A stretch of DNA of 64,000 nt, from positions 1,860,001-1,924,000 of the forward strand of contig CM026547.1 in NCBI GenBank assembly GCA_014905635.1, written 5' to 3'. The position numbers were made by a program, and so were the translations under genes. Each line of letters starts with the position of its first letter. Positions within the stretch are counted from its first letter, which is position 1. A model generated the notes under the pieces. The model was not told the origin of the DNA. It saw only the letters and a list, made by a program, of their open reading frames with translations, and did no database searches. Shown one piece after another: positions 1 to 12,944 of this stretch. Source of the DNA: Scenedesmus sp. PABB004. Its lineage: Eukaryota.

Positions 1-152
1 GCGCGCGGGCGGGCGCCGGCCAGCGGCCGCCGGCCGCACCCCGCGCGCTCCACCACCCTCAAAATCCCGACGCCCGCGTCGGCCCCGCGCTCACCCCCAC
101 CCCACGCGTCGCGCCGCGCCGCGCCGCCGCTCAGTTGACGGGGCGCCGCCGC

Positions 153-2297
153 TCAGTTGACGCGCACGACGGGCAGCTGCAGGAACGGCGCCAGCGCGGG
201 CTCGGGCGCGACCGCGCAGAGCGCGTCGCGGTCGGCGAGCAGCGGGCAGGCGCCCTCAACCAGGCCCGCGAGGCGCGCGTGGCCGCCAGCAAACTCCTGC
301 AGCCAGGCGCGCGAGATCGCGGGACACGCGCCGACCGAGAGCACCGCGAGGTTGGCCAGCGGCGCGAGCAGCGCGAGCCCGCCGCGCGTGAGTGAGTAGC
401 CGCTGCGCAGCGAGAGCTGCTGCAGCGCGGTCTGGCTGCCGCTGATGTGGCGCATCACCGCGTCGGTCACAGAGTCAATGCCCTGTGGAGGGGAGGGGCG
501 GGCGAGGCGAGGGCGGGGTGGGAGGGGCGAGCGGGGCGAGCGAGGAGCGCGGGGCGTCCGGCGGCAGCGGCAGCGGCAGGGGGGGGGGGGGGGGGCAGGC
601 GGCAGCGGGCGCGGGGCAGGGCGCGCTGCCGCCGCCGCGCCGCCTCGCCGCGCGCGCCGCGCCGGCGCGCCTGCACGTGCAGCGAGCGCAGGCGCAGCAG
701 CGGGAAGAGCAGGGCGAGGCCCTTGTTGGCGAAGCCGCCGCCAAAGGAGAGGTGCTCGAGCTTCTGCAGGCCGCGCGGGTTGGCGCGCGGGCGCACGAGG
801 TTGAAGCTGCCCGCCGAGAGCACGCGCAGCTCGGGGCAGGCCGCGACCGCGGCGAGGCCCTCGTCGTCCAGCTCCCACTTGCTGCCCAGGTCGAGCGCCG
901 ACAGGCGCGGCAGCGCCGCGAGCGCCGACAGGCCGGCGTTGGTCGCGAGCGTGCCCTTGAGGCTGAGCTGAGAGAGCGAGGGGATGGCCGCCAGCGCGAC
1001 GAGCGCCTCGTCGGTCACGCACCTGCGCGGCCGCACGGCGGGGCGCGCGCGCGGGCGGCGGGGTCGGGCGGGTCGGCCGGTGCGCGCCGGGCCGCCGCAG
1101 GCACCGCCGCCGCAGGCCCCCTGCCGCAGCACGCGCGGCGCCACGCGGCTGCGCCGCGCCGCACCGGCAGCCGGTGAGGTTGAGCGTGCGGAGGTTGGTC
1201 AGCCCCGCGAGCGCGGCGAGGCCGCGCGGGCCCACGTCGGTGTGGGAGAGGTCGAGGCTCTCCAGGCCCGCCAGCGCCGCGAGCGTGGGGAACGCGGCGT
1301 CGCTGACCCAGCGGCAGCGGCTGAGGCCGAGCACCCTGAGGCTGCGCGCGAGGCCGACGAGGCCGCACAGCCCCAGGTCGTCGACGGTGATGATGTCGCT
1401 GTCGGGGTCGCCCAGGTCGAGCTCCTGCGAGCAGCGCGGTTGGAGACGAAGCAGGCGGCGGCGCGGGCGGGCGAGAGCAGGCGCGGTGGGAGCGGGTGGA
1501 AGGGCAGAGGGGGGAGGGGGGCAGGCGGGGCAGGCGGGGGGGCGTGTGCGGAGGGCGCGGCGCGCGGCGCGGTCCGCGGCCGCCCGCACCTCGAGGCAGG
1601 GGAACGCCGCGATGCCGCGGAGGGAGCCGTGGTCGGTCCAGCGCGAGGGCGCGAGCTTGCGCAGCTTGGGGCACGCGGCCGCGAGCCAGCCGAGCAGGCG
1701 CGCGGTGACGTGGTGGCACTCCTTGAGGTCCACCTCGGCCAGCGCGGCGAGCCAGGCGGGCGAGGCGGACAGGAAGGCCATGAGCCGCTCGTCGGTGACC
1801 GGCTCGTCGTCGCTGTCAAACGCCTTGAGCGCGCGCGCGGCGGGGAACGGCGCGCCGAGCGTCGCGCCGTCCGGCGCGGCCGCGAGCGCGGCGCCGGGCA
1901 CCGACACGGTGCGCACGCTCTGGTTGGTCTGCTGGCGCTGCCGCGGCGACGTCAGCCTGCGCGCGCGACGCGGCGCCCGGGCGCGGGCGGGCGTGGGCGC
2001 GCGCCGCTGCTGCGGCACCGCCGGCGGCGAGTCGCCGGCGCGCGCGCGCGTGGCGCCCCTGCACGCGCCGCCGCCGCGTGCGCGGAGGGCCACGCCCGCC
2101 GCCGCCGCCGCGGCCGCCACCGCCGCCGGTGCGCACCTGAAGACCTTCTTGTCGGCGGCGCCGAGCCGCGGCAGCAGGTGCGCGAGCACGACCGCGTCGG
2201 GCAGCGTGTCGAGCCGCGGCCCCGCCGCGGCGGCGTCCTGGCACGGCGCCATGCAGGCCGCCTTGCAGGCACAGGCAGCAGGGGCGCAGGAGGCCAT
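153..2297 (-). CDS. F-box/leucine-rich repeat protein (multi-exon)
   Basis: N-terminal F-box-like LDTLPDAVVLAHLLPRL, followed by cysteine-containing/RNI-type LRRs (LAEVDLKECHHVT, LRVLGLSRCRWVSD, LESLDLSHTDVG, LSQLSLKGTLATNAGL, LQQLSLRSGYSLT) spread over frames separated by introns. Confidence 0.8.
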   Translation of the reverse strand: MASCAPAACACKAACMAPCQDAAAAGPRLDTLPDAVVLAHLLPRLGAADKKVFRCAPAAVAAAAAAAGVALRARGGGACRGATRARAGDSPPAVPQQRRAPTPARARAPRRARRLTSPRQRQQTNQSVRTVSVPGAALAAAPDGATLGAPFPAARALKAFDSDDEPVTDERLMAFLSASPAWLAALAEVDLKECHHVTARLLGWLAAACPKLRKLAPSRWTDHGSLRGIAAFPCLEVRAAADRAARRALRTRPPACPACPPPPSALPPAPTAPALARPRRRLLRLQPRCSQELDLGDPDSDIITVDDLGLCGLVGLARSLRVLGLSRCRWVSDAAFPTLAALAGLESLDLSHTDVGPRGLAALAGLTNLRTLNLTGCRCGAAQPRGAARAAAGGLRRRCLRRPGAHRPTRPTPPPARAPRRAAAQVRDRRGARRAGGHPLALSAQPQGHARDQRRPVGARGAAAPVGARPGQQVGAGRRGPRRGRGLPRAARALGGQLQPRAPARQPARPAEARAPLLWRRLRQQGPRPALPAAAPALAARAGAPARRARRGGAAAAARPAPRPLPPAPPPPPCRCRCRRTPRAPRSPRSPLPPRPRLARPSPPQGIDSVTDAVMRHISGSQTALQQLSLRSGYSLTRGGLALLAPLANLAVLSVGACPAISRAWLQEFAGGHARLAGLVEGACPLLADRDALCAVAPEPALAPFLQLPVVRVN

Positions 2298-2908
2298 CGC
2301 TGGGGGTTGGCTGCTCCGACCGACCTAACGCCCGCCGACGCCCGAGAGGCGGCCTGGCGGCCCTGCGGCGGCCGACAGCGACGCATGAGAGGCCGCGGAC
2401 GCCGGGGCCGGGCGCGCCGCGGCTGCGGTGCGCCAGCGGCGCGGCGCACGGACGCCCTGCCCCGCTCGGCCGCCCCGCCCGCGCGCTGGCGCGTCCGCGG
2501 CCGGCGCAGGCATCTGCTGAGCGCTTGTGCACCGCGGACGCACACCTGGGCGCGCCGGGGCGTCGTAATTCGCGCAGATGCACGCGCGCAAGGGGTGACC
2601 CTTCGCGCCCCACGCGCGCCGGGCAGCCTGACGGGACGAGGGTGACGCAGGGTGACGCAGTGAGCGGGACGCCGGCGGCGAGCTGAGCTCCAACCTGCGC
2701 CCCAGAGCCCTGCGGCGCCGCCGCCGGCGCCCCGCGGACGCGGCCGCCCGCGCGCACGGCGCGGCGGCGGCGCCATCGCGCCCGCCCTCGTGCCGCCCGG
2801 GGCAGCAGCTGCCACCACGCTCCACCGCACGCGCTGCCGGCGCCGCGCGAGTTTGGCGGGCGAGTTGACCGGCGAACGCGGCCGCCACGGCGGGAAGCGC
2901 AGGCTGCC

Positions 2909-5900
2909 ATGGAGCCGCGCCTGGCGGCCTGCGTGGGCGCGTACGCGCGCGCGGGGCAGCACCACCGCGTGGCGGCGGCCTGCGGCGCCGCGCTGGCCCG
3001 CGGCGGCGGCGCGCCGGCGCAGCTCTGGCGCGCCGTCGGCCTGCTCGGCGGCGGCGCGATGCCAGAGGTGCGTGAGGCAGGGAGCCCGGCCCGGCCGGCC
3101 CAGCCGGCGCCGCGCGGCACACCGGCGATGGCTGCCGCCAGCCACGGCCTGCCCGCTGATGCTGCCGCGGCGGCCACGGGCGCGCGCCCAGTCCGCCTGC
3201 CGCTGACGCCGCCCCGCGGCGCCGGCGGCGCGCACAGGCGATGCGGGAGCTGTACGCCGTGCAGTCGCACCCCGAGGTCGGCCTGGCGGCGACGGCGGCG
3301 CTGCTGGCGGTGCACGGCGCGGCGCGCAGCGTGGACCGCTGCGCGGTGGCGACGCTCTCCGCCGCGCTCGAGGCCGGCGAGCGCGGCGCGGCCGGGCCAG
3401 CGGCGCTGCACCTCGGCGCCTTCCTGCTCTTCAGCCACGCCTTTGAGCGCGCGCGGCGCGTGCTGGAGCGCGCGCTGCAGCGCCCCGAGGCCGCGCCCGA
3501 CCGCGCCGCCGCGGCGCGCTGCGCGACGCTGCTGGGCCACGTGCTGCTCGAGGCACACGGCCACGAGGCCGCGGAGCTGCGCGACGCGGGCGACGTGGCG
3601 CGCGCGCTGCAGCTCTTTGACGGCGTGCTGCGCGACGACCCGGACGACCTGGAGGTGCGCGCGCGGGAGGGCCGCGCGCGGCCGCCGCCGGCGGCGCACA
3701 CAGCCGGGTGGGTGTGTGTGTGTGTGGGGGGGGGGGGGGTCGCGGCCGCCGCCCGACACAACGCCCCCCCCCCCCCCCCGCACGCGCGCGCCGCCAGGCG
3801 CTGCTGGGCAAGGCGGCGGCGCTGGAGGCGGGCGGCGAGGCGCGCGCCGCGTGGGAGCTGTTGTCCGAGGCGTCCGTGCGGCTGCCCTGGGCGGTGCCCG
3901 CGCTCGAAGAGCTCGCGCGGCTCACGCTCGCGCAGCAGGACTGGGAGGGCCTGGCCGAGGTCGCCGCGCGCCTGCGCGGCGCGGAGCCGGGCAACCTCGC
4001 GGCCGCGACGTACTGCGCCCTCACCGCGCTGCTCGTCGACGGCGACGCAAAGGCCGCCGCCCGCCAGCTCGGCGAGGCCGCGGCCGCGCTGCAGCAGGCG
4101 GCGCCGCGCAACGCGACGCTGATGCTGCAGCTGGTGCGGCGCCGCGGGCGGCGCCGCGCGGCCGCCCCGGCGCTGCGCTTGCCCGACGCGCACGCACGCC
4201 TGGGCTCACGGCCGGCGCCGCGCCGCAGGCCGCCCCGTTTGCGCGGCTGGCCGGCGGCGACGCGGGCATGCTGGCAGTCACGCTGGGCCTCGCGGAGCGC
4301 GCGCTGCAGCTGCAGCCGGACAGCGTGGACGCGGTGTGTGGCGCGGCCCCAGCCCCCCTGACCAAGCTGGCGGGCTGGCGCCCCCCGCTGAAGCCGCGCC
4401 CACGCTGACCCCGGCCGCGCTCGCTCCCCGCGCGGCGCAGGCGGTCGAGGTGGGCGCGCAGCAGCTGCTGCTGGACCAGCCCGCCGCGGCGGCGGAGCGG
4501 TACGAGGCCGCGCTCAAGCTGGACGAGCTCAGCATGCCGGCCGCGCTGGGGCTCGTCGAGGCGCTCCTGGCGACGGACCGGCTGGACGAGGCGGCGGCGC
4601 AGCTGGAGTTCCTGCCAGAGCTGCTCGCCGCCAGCCGGGCGGCAGGCGCGCTGAGCGGCGGTGGCGGCGGCGGCGGCGCGGCGGGCGCCGGCAGCGTGGA
4701 GCTGGGCTTCGCGGCGTCGCGCTGGCGCGCCGCGCTCGTGGCCGGCGGCGGCGGCGCCGCGCGGCGCGGCGCGCGCGCCAGCGGCGACGGCGGCGGCGGC
4801 GACGGGCTGCAGCTGGTGGCGGGCGTCGCGAGCGAGGCGGAGCGCGCGCAGCGCGACGAGCCGCTGCTGGCGTACCTGCGCGGCATGCTGGCGTGGAAGC
4901 GGGGCGAGGGTGAGGGGCTGGCGCAGCTGGTGCGTTTCATGGAGCTGCAGCTCGACGCGGTGAAGGAGCTGCCGGCCGAGCTGCCCATGTTTGCTGCGCT
5001 GCACGCGAGCCGGCTGCTGGGCACGCTCCGCGTCCTGCTGTCCGCCGCGGGCGGCGACCCGCGGCAGGCGTGCGACCCGCCGTCGCCCATGCTGGCGGGG
5101 TGCATCAGGCACGCGCGCACGCCGGGCGCTGCCTGGCCGCGCGCACGCTGGGCGCTGCCGAACCACGCACGCCCACGCTCCGCCGCCGCGCCGCCAGGGT
5201 GCTGGAGATGCTCGGCCGCTTCACGCTCGCGCACCCCGAGGCGCAGCTGCTCACCGCGCGCGCGCTCTACCTCAACGGCGCGCTGGACGCCGCGGCGCGC
5301 GTGGCGGCCGGCCTGCTGCGCCGCAGCCCCGACTCGGCGCAGGCGGCGCTGCTGGTCGTGAGCGTGCACGTCGCGCAGGGCCGGCCGGGCGAGGCGGTCG
5401 CCGCGCTGGAGGCGGCGGTGGCGGCAAACTTTGGCATCCGCGACGCGCCGCTGTACCACGTGGTGCACGCGCAGGCGCTGCTCGCCGGCGGGCGCCTGGA
5501 GGAGGCCAAGCGGGTGCGCAGCGCGCGGGCGCGCAGGCGCGGCGGCGAGGCGTGGGGGTACAGGGGGCGCGGCGGCGCCGACCTTCTCACGCGCGCGGGC
5601 GCGCGGGCGGCGCAGGTGCTCGAGGGCGCCATGGCGCTGCCCGGCGTGTGCAGCGCGGCGTCGCCGGAGCAGGCGGCGCGGCTGGCGCGGCGCGGCTGCC
5701 TGCCGAGCCTGCACGAGCGCGCGACCGTGTTCCTGCTGCTCGCGGAGGTCGTGGGCCGGCTCAGCCCCGGCGGGCGCGAGGCGCCGGAGGCGAGGAAGGT
5801 GTGCGCTGCAACGCGCGCGCTGCACCCCGTTGGCCGCAGAGAGGCCGCGCGCCGCGCGCGCCGCTCACGCCGCTCCGCCGCGCGCAGTACCTTGCCGAGG

Positions 5901-8673
5901 CGGTGCGCGAGTTTGAGGGCACGCGCGAGGAGGCGCGCGTGATGGTCGCCGACTGCGAGGCCGCGATCGCGGGCGGCGACGTCGGCGGCGCGCTCGCGCG
6001 GCTGCGGCGCGTGCCGGCGTCGAGCCCGCACTACGCGCGCGCGCGCGTCGCCATGGCGGGCATACACCTGTCCCACCGCCGGGATCGCGCCGCCTATGTG
6101 CGGTGCTTCCTCGACCTCGTGGTGCGCTTGCCGGCGCTGGCGAGGGCGGGGGCGCGGGCTGATGGGAGGCCGGCCAGCTGCCCCGCCCGGCTGGGCGGCG
6201 AGCTGCCCGGGCTGGGCGCGCCCGAGCGCGCCGCGCGCCCGCCCGCCCGCCCGCAGGAGCGCACGCCCGACTACGACTCACACTGCCGCCTGGCTGAGGC
6301 CTTCCTGGCGATCCAGGAGCCCGACAAGGCGGCGCGCGCGTACGAGGTCCGCGCGTGTTGCGCGCGCGCGCGCGCGCGCACGGCGCCGCCGACGTGCGCC
6401 TCTGCCCGCGCCGCGGCCCCGACCTCCCTCCCTCCCACCGCCCCCGCCCGCGCCGCGCCGCGCGCCAGTCGGCGCTGGCGCTGCGGCCGAAGGACGCCGA
6501 GCTCGCGGCCAAGGTGGCGGCGGCGCTGACCGCGGCGCACGACTACGGCCGCGCGGTTGACTACTACAACCGGGCCATCCGTAACGACCCCGCGCAGCTG
6601 GGCCTGCAGCACGGCCTCGCGCGCCTGCTGCTGCGCCTGGGCGACACGCGCGCCGCGACCGCGCTGCTGGAAAAGTGCCTCGACGCGCACAAGGGCCGCA
6701 ACGCGGCAGGCGCCGGGCTCGACGCCCTCGCGCTGGACGTCGACACGTGCGTGCATGCGTGTGTGTGTGGGGGGGGGGGCTTGGCTGGCGCTCGGCTGGC
6801 GCAGCTTGACCCGCCACGCGCGCGCGCGGCGCAGATGGCTGCTGCTGGCCAAGCTGCGGCAGCAGTCGGGCGACGCCGAGGGCTTTGTGGCGGCGCAGGA
6901 GCAGGCGCTGGAGCTGCAGCGCGCGCTGCTCGACGGCCTGCGCGGCGGGGGCGGGCCCGGGGCGGCGGCGGCTGGCGACGGCGGCGGCGGCGTCGGCCAC
7001 GGCAGGGAGGGCGCCGCGCCGCCCGCCCCCGGCGCGCCGGCAGCGGGGCTGCTGGGCGGCGGCCTGGCGGCGGCGGTCGGCAGCCTGGGCGGCGCCAGGG
7101 CCAAGGCCGCGGCGATCTGCTTCGACCTCGCCGAGCACCACCGCAAGCAGCGCGCCTTTGAGCGCGCGGCCGACGCGTACGCGGCGTGCCTGGCGCAGCA
7201 CGACAAGCACGCCGCCGCGCGGCTCGCGCTCGCGCGGCTCGCGCTCGCTGGCGGCCGCGTCGAGGAGTGCCAGGCGCACGCCGCCGCGCTGCTGGCGGAG
7301 CAGCCGGACAACGAGGACGCGGCGCTGATGCTCGCCGAGCTCATGGAGCACCAGGACAACACCGACGCCGCGGTCTTCTACTTCAGCCAGCTCCTCGAGC
7401 GCCGTCCGGGCCACCACGCCGCGCTCGCGCAGCTCCTGGGGCTGCTGCGCCGCGCGGGGCGGCTGGCGGACGCGCCAAAGTTCATCGCCGCCGCGGAGGC
7501 CGCGGCAGGCGGCGCAGGCTCCGCGGCGGCCGCGCCGGGCGACGACCGCGGCAGCGGCGACGCGGCGGGGCTGTCGTACTGCCGGGGCCTGCTGGCGCGC
7601 TACGGGGGCAACCCGCGCGACGCGCTGCGCCACCTCAACGCGGCGCGGCGCGACGCGCGCTGGTCGGGCCCCGCGCTGCTGGGCATGGCCGAGACCTACT
7701 TGAACCCGGACGCCCTCGACGCGGCCTGGGCGGAGCCGGCCGCCGCCGCCGACGGCGACGGCGGCGCCGGCGGCGCCGCGCCGGGCGCTGACGCGGCGGA
7801 GGGCGCGGCCGCGGCGGCGCAGCTGCTGCAGCAGCTGCGGCCGGCCGACATGGAGGGCAGCCGCTACAAGGCGCGGCGCCGGGCGCCGCGCGCCCTCGGG
7901 CCTCGGGCGCGCCGGCGCCCGCCTCACGCCGCGCGCCGCGTGCGCCGCGCCGCGCGCCCGGCCGCCGCATGCAGGTGCTGTCGGCGAACGTCGCGATGGC
8001 ACAGAGCAAGGGGCGCGGCGACGTCGAGGCGGCGGTGGCCTCGCTGCTGGACCTGGCGTCCGCCGACGCCAACGACGTCCCCGTGCTGCTCGCGCTCGCG
8101 CATGGCTTCATGCTGCTAAAGCAGCCGGCCAAGGCGCGCAGCCAGCTCAAGGTGCGCGCGGCGAGCGGGCACGGGGGGGGGGGGGGGCGGCGGCCGCCGC
8201 GGCGGCAGGCGGCACTGCGGGCGATCCCGCCGCCCCCGCCGCCGCGCGCGTCTGTGCGCTCGCAGCGCGTGAGCAAGCTTCCCTACAGGCCGGACGAGGG
8301 CGAGCAGTTTGAGCGCGCCTGGCTCGCGCTCGCGGACGTGCACGTGTCGGGCGGCGCGCTCGACGCCGCGCAGGAGCTCGCGCGGCGCTGCCTGCGCTAC
8401 AACAAGTCCTGCGCGCGCGCCTGGGAGCTGCTCGGCGCGGTCGCGGAGCGCGAGGCGGCGCACGCCGACGCGGCGGGTCACTACGAGCGCGCGTGGCGCC
8501 TCGGCGGCGCGGCCGCGTGCGGCGTCGGCTACAAGCTCGCGGTCAGCCACCTCAGGGCGGGGCGCCTCGTCGACGCGGCGGACGTCGCGGCGGCGGTGCT
8601 GCGGGCCGACCCCGCGTTCCCCCGCATCCGAGCGGACGTGCTCGACAAGGCGCGCGCGGGGCTGCGCCCCTGA
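2909..8673 (+). CDS. IFT139: Intraflagellar transport protein 139 / TPR protein 21B (about 13 exons)
   Basis: TPR-rich throughout. C-terminus YNKSCARAWELLG...GYKLAVSHLRAGRLVDA...FPRIRADVLDKARAGLRP matches the TTC21B/IFT139 C-terminal signature as recalled; internal NEDAALMLAELM and FYFSQLLERRPGHHAALAQL motifs. Confidence 0.9.
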
Positions 8674-9019
8674 CACGGTCGTGTGGCAAAACCCCGGGCC
8701 GGCGCCGCGCTCGCGGATTGGCTGTGGACGAGCAGCCATCGCGCCCAGAGCGCGCTCCGCGCCACCGCCAGCGGCGCACGCGATCCCGGCGCCGACACGC
8801 AGCAGCGGCCGGCGGCAGCAGCAGCGGCGGCCGCCGCTCGCCTCCATGCGCGCGGGCGGTCCCGGCAGCCCCGCCGGTGATTAGCCTACTCGGCCGCGCC
8901 GACACTCGGTTGCTCTGCAGCGCCGCGGCGGCAGCGGCAGGCCGCGAGCTTGGAGCCGCCGCCGCCGCTGCTGCCGCTGCTGCTGCTGTGGGCAGCAGCG
9001 CAGCTGTGCGACCGCCGCG

Positions 9020-12000
9020 ATGATGATGCGCTCGTTCTCCGCGGGCGGCGCGCGCCGGACGGGCCACCTGGCGTCCATCGAGCGCGCCCGCGAGCTGAGC
9101 CGCGAGGTCTCGAGCGGCGCCGTCACGGGTGCGGCCGCGCCGCCGCAGCGCGCGGCGGCCCCGCGGCGCACGTCGGACACGCTGCGCAGCACGCGGCGCC
9201 GCGCCGGCCTGCGGGACCAAGCTCCGGCGCTGCCCCAGCTGCTCCCGCCCCGCGGGCGCAGCCAGACCGCCGCCCGCCCGCTGCGCGCGCGCTTCAGAGG
9301 AGGGCACGCTGCTCGAGTACGAGGCGCTCGTGTCGCGCCTGGTGCCGCCCCAGATCCGGATCGACCAGGAGGCGTATGACGACGCGACGCTCCTGGTCCT
9401 CGACTCTGTCAACCGGCCGGGCACGCTGGTCGAAGTTGTGCAGTGCCTGACGGAGCTGGGCCTGAACGTGAAGCGCGCCCGCATCTCCAGCGACGGCGGC
9501 TGGTTCGTCGACGAGGTGCGGCGCCGAACCAGCTGGGCCGGCGGGCGCGCGGCGGCCGGCGGCGGCGGGCGCGCGGCGGCCTGCCGGCCGACCGCCCCCG
9601 CCCCCGCGCGGCCCCGCCCCCACCCCTCCCGCAGTTCCTCGTAAGCGAGACGCCGCGGGGGCGCGTGACCGACCCCAAGAAGCTCGACGCCATCAAGTCC
9701 GTGCTTGCCCTGCCTGGCGACACAGGTGCGCGGCGGCGGCGGCGGCGGCGCGGCCGCGCAGGCGCGCGCCCGCGCGGGCCCGCGACGCCCCTCCCGCCGC
9801 CGCGGCGCCGCGCGCGCGCAGGCGAGCCGGCGGAGCTGAACACCGTGTTCCAGGTCGCCGGGCCGGAGACGCCGGGCCTGCTCGCGGAGCTCGCGGAGCT
9901 GCTGGCGCACAACGGGCTGCAGATCCGCTCGGTGTGCGCGTGGACATTCAACCGCCGCGCCGCCGCAGTCATCGGCGTGACGGAGCGCGGCGCGCCCTGC
10001 GGCGACAGCGTCAAGCTGCAGCGCCTGCGCTCCATGCTGCGCGACCTCATCCGCGGCGACGCCGCGGTCTCGGTCGAGCAGGCGCGGCGCGGCGGGGGGC
10101 GCGCCGCCCGCGCCGCGAGCGCAGGCGCGCCGGGGCCGAGCGCCGCGCGCTGCCCGCCCGGCCGCGCAGGTGGACGGCCCCGTGCACCACGAGCGCCGCC
10201 TCCACCAGCTGCTGCTTGCTGACGAGATGCGCTCGTGGCGGCAGCTCACGCGCCTGCAGCGCCAGCACAGCCTGCCCTTCCCGCAGCCCGAGCACACGCC
10301 GCCGCCGGGCGCCGCCGGGCGCGACGCCGACGCCGAGCCCGACCAGCGCACGCCCCAGACCCCGCAGACCTGGAAGCGCCAGATGCTGCCGCCGTGCTGG
10401 ACCATCGACCAGCGCAGCGGCCGGCCCGCGCGGCGCGAGGAGCAGGCGCTCGGCGCGGCCACGGCGCCGCCCCCAGCCGGCGGCGGCGGCGCCGGCCCGG
10501 CCGGCGCCGCGGCAGGCGCGCCGACGACGCCGCGGGGCAGTGCGCTGCCGCTGCTGCCGCCGGGCGCGCTGACGGCGGGCGCGGGGCCGGGCGCCGGCGG
10601 CGGCGCGGCGCAGCAGGCGTCGGTCGACAAGCTGATCGCGCTGCTGCAGCCCAACGCGCCGGCGGGCGACGCCGGGCGGGCGCGGGGGAGCCGGCGCAGC
10701 GGGCGGCGCGGCCGCGGCAGCAGCGCGGGCCGGCGGTGCTGCGGACCGTGACCGAGTCGCAGGCCAGCCTGCTGGCGGCAGGCGGCGGCGGCGGCGGCGG
10801 CGGCGGCGACGATGATGCTGGCGCAGCCGGCCTGCCGCCGCGCCCGCCCGGCCTGGCGCTGCCCGCGTCCGCATCGGCGCCGAGCAGCCCCACGGCCGCA
10901 CACGCGGGCGGCGGCGGCGCCGGCAGCCTCGCAGGCGGCCGCGGCGGCCTGGCCGCCGCCGGCCTCGGCCTCAGCCCGCGCGCGCCGCCGGCCGTCGACC
11001 TCGCGGGCGCCGCCAGCATGCCGCCGCCGGCGAGCGCTGGCGTGGGGGGCCTGTTCAACCTCGCCGAGCAGCACTCGGCGTCGCCCGCGCGCGGCGGCGC
11101 CGTGCCGGGCGCTGGCGGGGGCTCGTCGACGCGCCGGACGTGCACATCCAGCACGCCAGCACCGGCAACTACTGGCTCGTCACCATCAAGTGCAGGGACC
11201 GCAGCAAGGCGCGTGGGGCCGCGGGGCGCTCCTGCGTGTGCGCCGCCGCCCGGCGGACGGGCGGCTGACGCTCGCGGCCGCGCGCGTGCGCGCCGCCCGC
11301 GCCGCGCGGCGCAGCTGTTCTTTGACTCGGTCTGCACGATCTGCGACCTGCGCTTCGACGTCATCCACGCCACCATCGGTGCGGGCCGGGGAGCGGGGGT
11401 TTTGAGGCACTGCCTGCGGCGCCCGCGGCGCACGCTGCCGCGACGCGCGCCGCCGCCGCGACGCGTGCGCCGCCGCCGCGGCGCGCCTGCAGACGGCGAG
11501 CCCGGCGGCATGGCGAGCCAGCTGTTCTACATCCGGCCGCGCTTCGGCGAGTCGACGTGGGACGCGGGCCGCGCCGCGGTGCTGCAGGCGATGCTGGTCT
11601 CGTCGACGCAGCGCCGCTTCCCGCCCGGGCTGCGCGTGCACATCTACTCCGGCTCCACCGGGTGCCTGCAGGGCCTGCTCTCCGCGTTGCGCCAGCACCG
11701 CCTCACCATCACGCGGTGCGCAGAGGGGGGGGGGGGGGGATTCGCGCGGCAGGCAGCGCACGACAGCGAGCGGGCCGCCCGCCGCCCGCCCAGGTGCAAG
11801 GTGCGCGCGTTCGAGGCGTCGTCCCACACCTTTGCGCTCCTCCGCGCGGACACCGGCGAGCTGCCGTCAAAGGAGCTCGTGGCGGCGGCGTGCACGGTGC
11901 GCGCGCCGCGGCGGCACGCCCCGCGCGCCACGCCGTGCGCCACGCCGTGCGCCACGGGCGGCCCGCGCCCACGCCCACGCCCACGCCGCCTCGCCGCCTG

Positions 12001-12413
12001 CACACCTTGCGCGCCCCCGCGCGCAGCGCGCCGGCGGCGAGCTGGTCGACGCGCCGCTGGACGTCGACAACCCGTGCGTGGCGAGCGTGCTGCGCTCGCT
12101 CGACGCGCGGTGCCGGTTTGCGTTCAGCTTCACGCAGCGCGCGCCCGCGCGCCGCGGCCCCGCGCCCGGCGGCGACGGCGGCGGCGGCGGCGGCGGCCGC
12201 CACCTGCGCGGCTGGGCGGGCGGCGCGCCGGCGGGCGAGCAGGGCGCCGCCGTGCGCGGCGGGCTGCCCCTGCACGTGCGGCGCGTGATGCACGTCCAGC
12301 CGGCCACCGGCGCGGCGGCGGCAGCGCCGCTGCGGGCCGCGCTCGCGCGCGGCGTGGCGGCGCCCGCGCCCGCCACCAGCAGCTACAACAGCGAGCAGGC
12401 GCCCTCCTTCTGA
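9020..12413 (+). CDS. ACR: ACT domain repeat (ACR) protein, plant-type
   Basis: LLEYEALVSRLVPPQIRID...DSVNRPGTLVEVVQCLTELGLNVKRARISSDGGWFVDEF, HHERRLHQLL and CRDRSK|LFFDSVCTICDLRFDVIHATI are plant ACR motifs. Apparent frameshifts near 9295, 10690 and 11120. Confidence 0.85.
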
Positions 12414-12944
12414 GGGCTTGCAGGCGTTCAACTGCAGGATGATTTTCGAGATTGCGGGGATTGCAGGCGCCAAAGCGAGCGGGCGGTTGACGCGGTTGCG
12501 TCAACCGGCTTTGCGCTTTGAACCGCGCGGCGATGACGGTGCGAGCTGCGCGTGCCAGCGGCGCCCCGAGCTGCCCCACAACGGCCTGGGGCGCAGGCAG
12601 CGCTTGCCGCCCCCGCAGCGAGCGCGCCGCCGCCGCCGCCTGCGCAGCGAGCGCGCCGCTGCTGTCGCTGCAGCCCCCTTTTTTGCCGGAACAGCCCCGC
12701 AGACAGCCTCGCAGCGCGCTGTGTGGAAAGATCGCCGGGCCGGGAGTGCATCTCGGAGGCGCCGAGCGCGGCCGTGGGCGGAGCAGGCGTCGGAGCGCGC
12801 CCATCACCGGTGGCGCCTGCTGCGAACGCCCGCGCCCCGGTGGCGTCGCGCGCCCGCCTGGGTCGTCGCATGACCTGATTTCGCAGCCTCCGGACGCCCG
12901 GCTGACCCGGCGCGGGGCCGCTCTGCGCGCGCAGCAGCAGCAGC

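Noticed and set aside
122..161. 19-bp direct repeat duplicating the F-box gene stop codon region
   Set aside because: Small local duplication with no effect on the protein.
2640..2660. Tandem GGTGACGCAG (two TGACG cores) in the divergent F-box/IFT139 promoter
   Set aside because: Spacing differs from the canonical as-1 element, and a short duplication could arise by chance; function cannot be supported from sequence alone.
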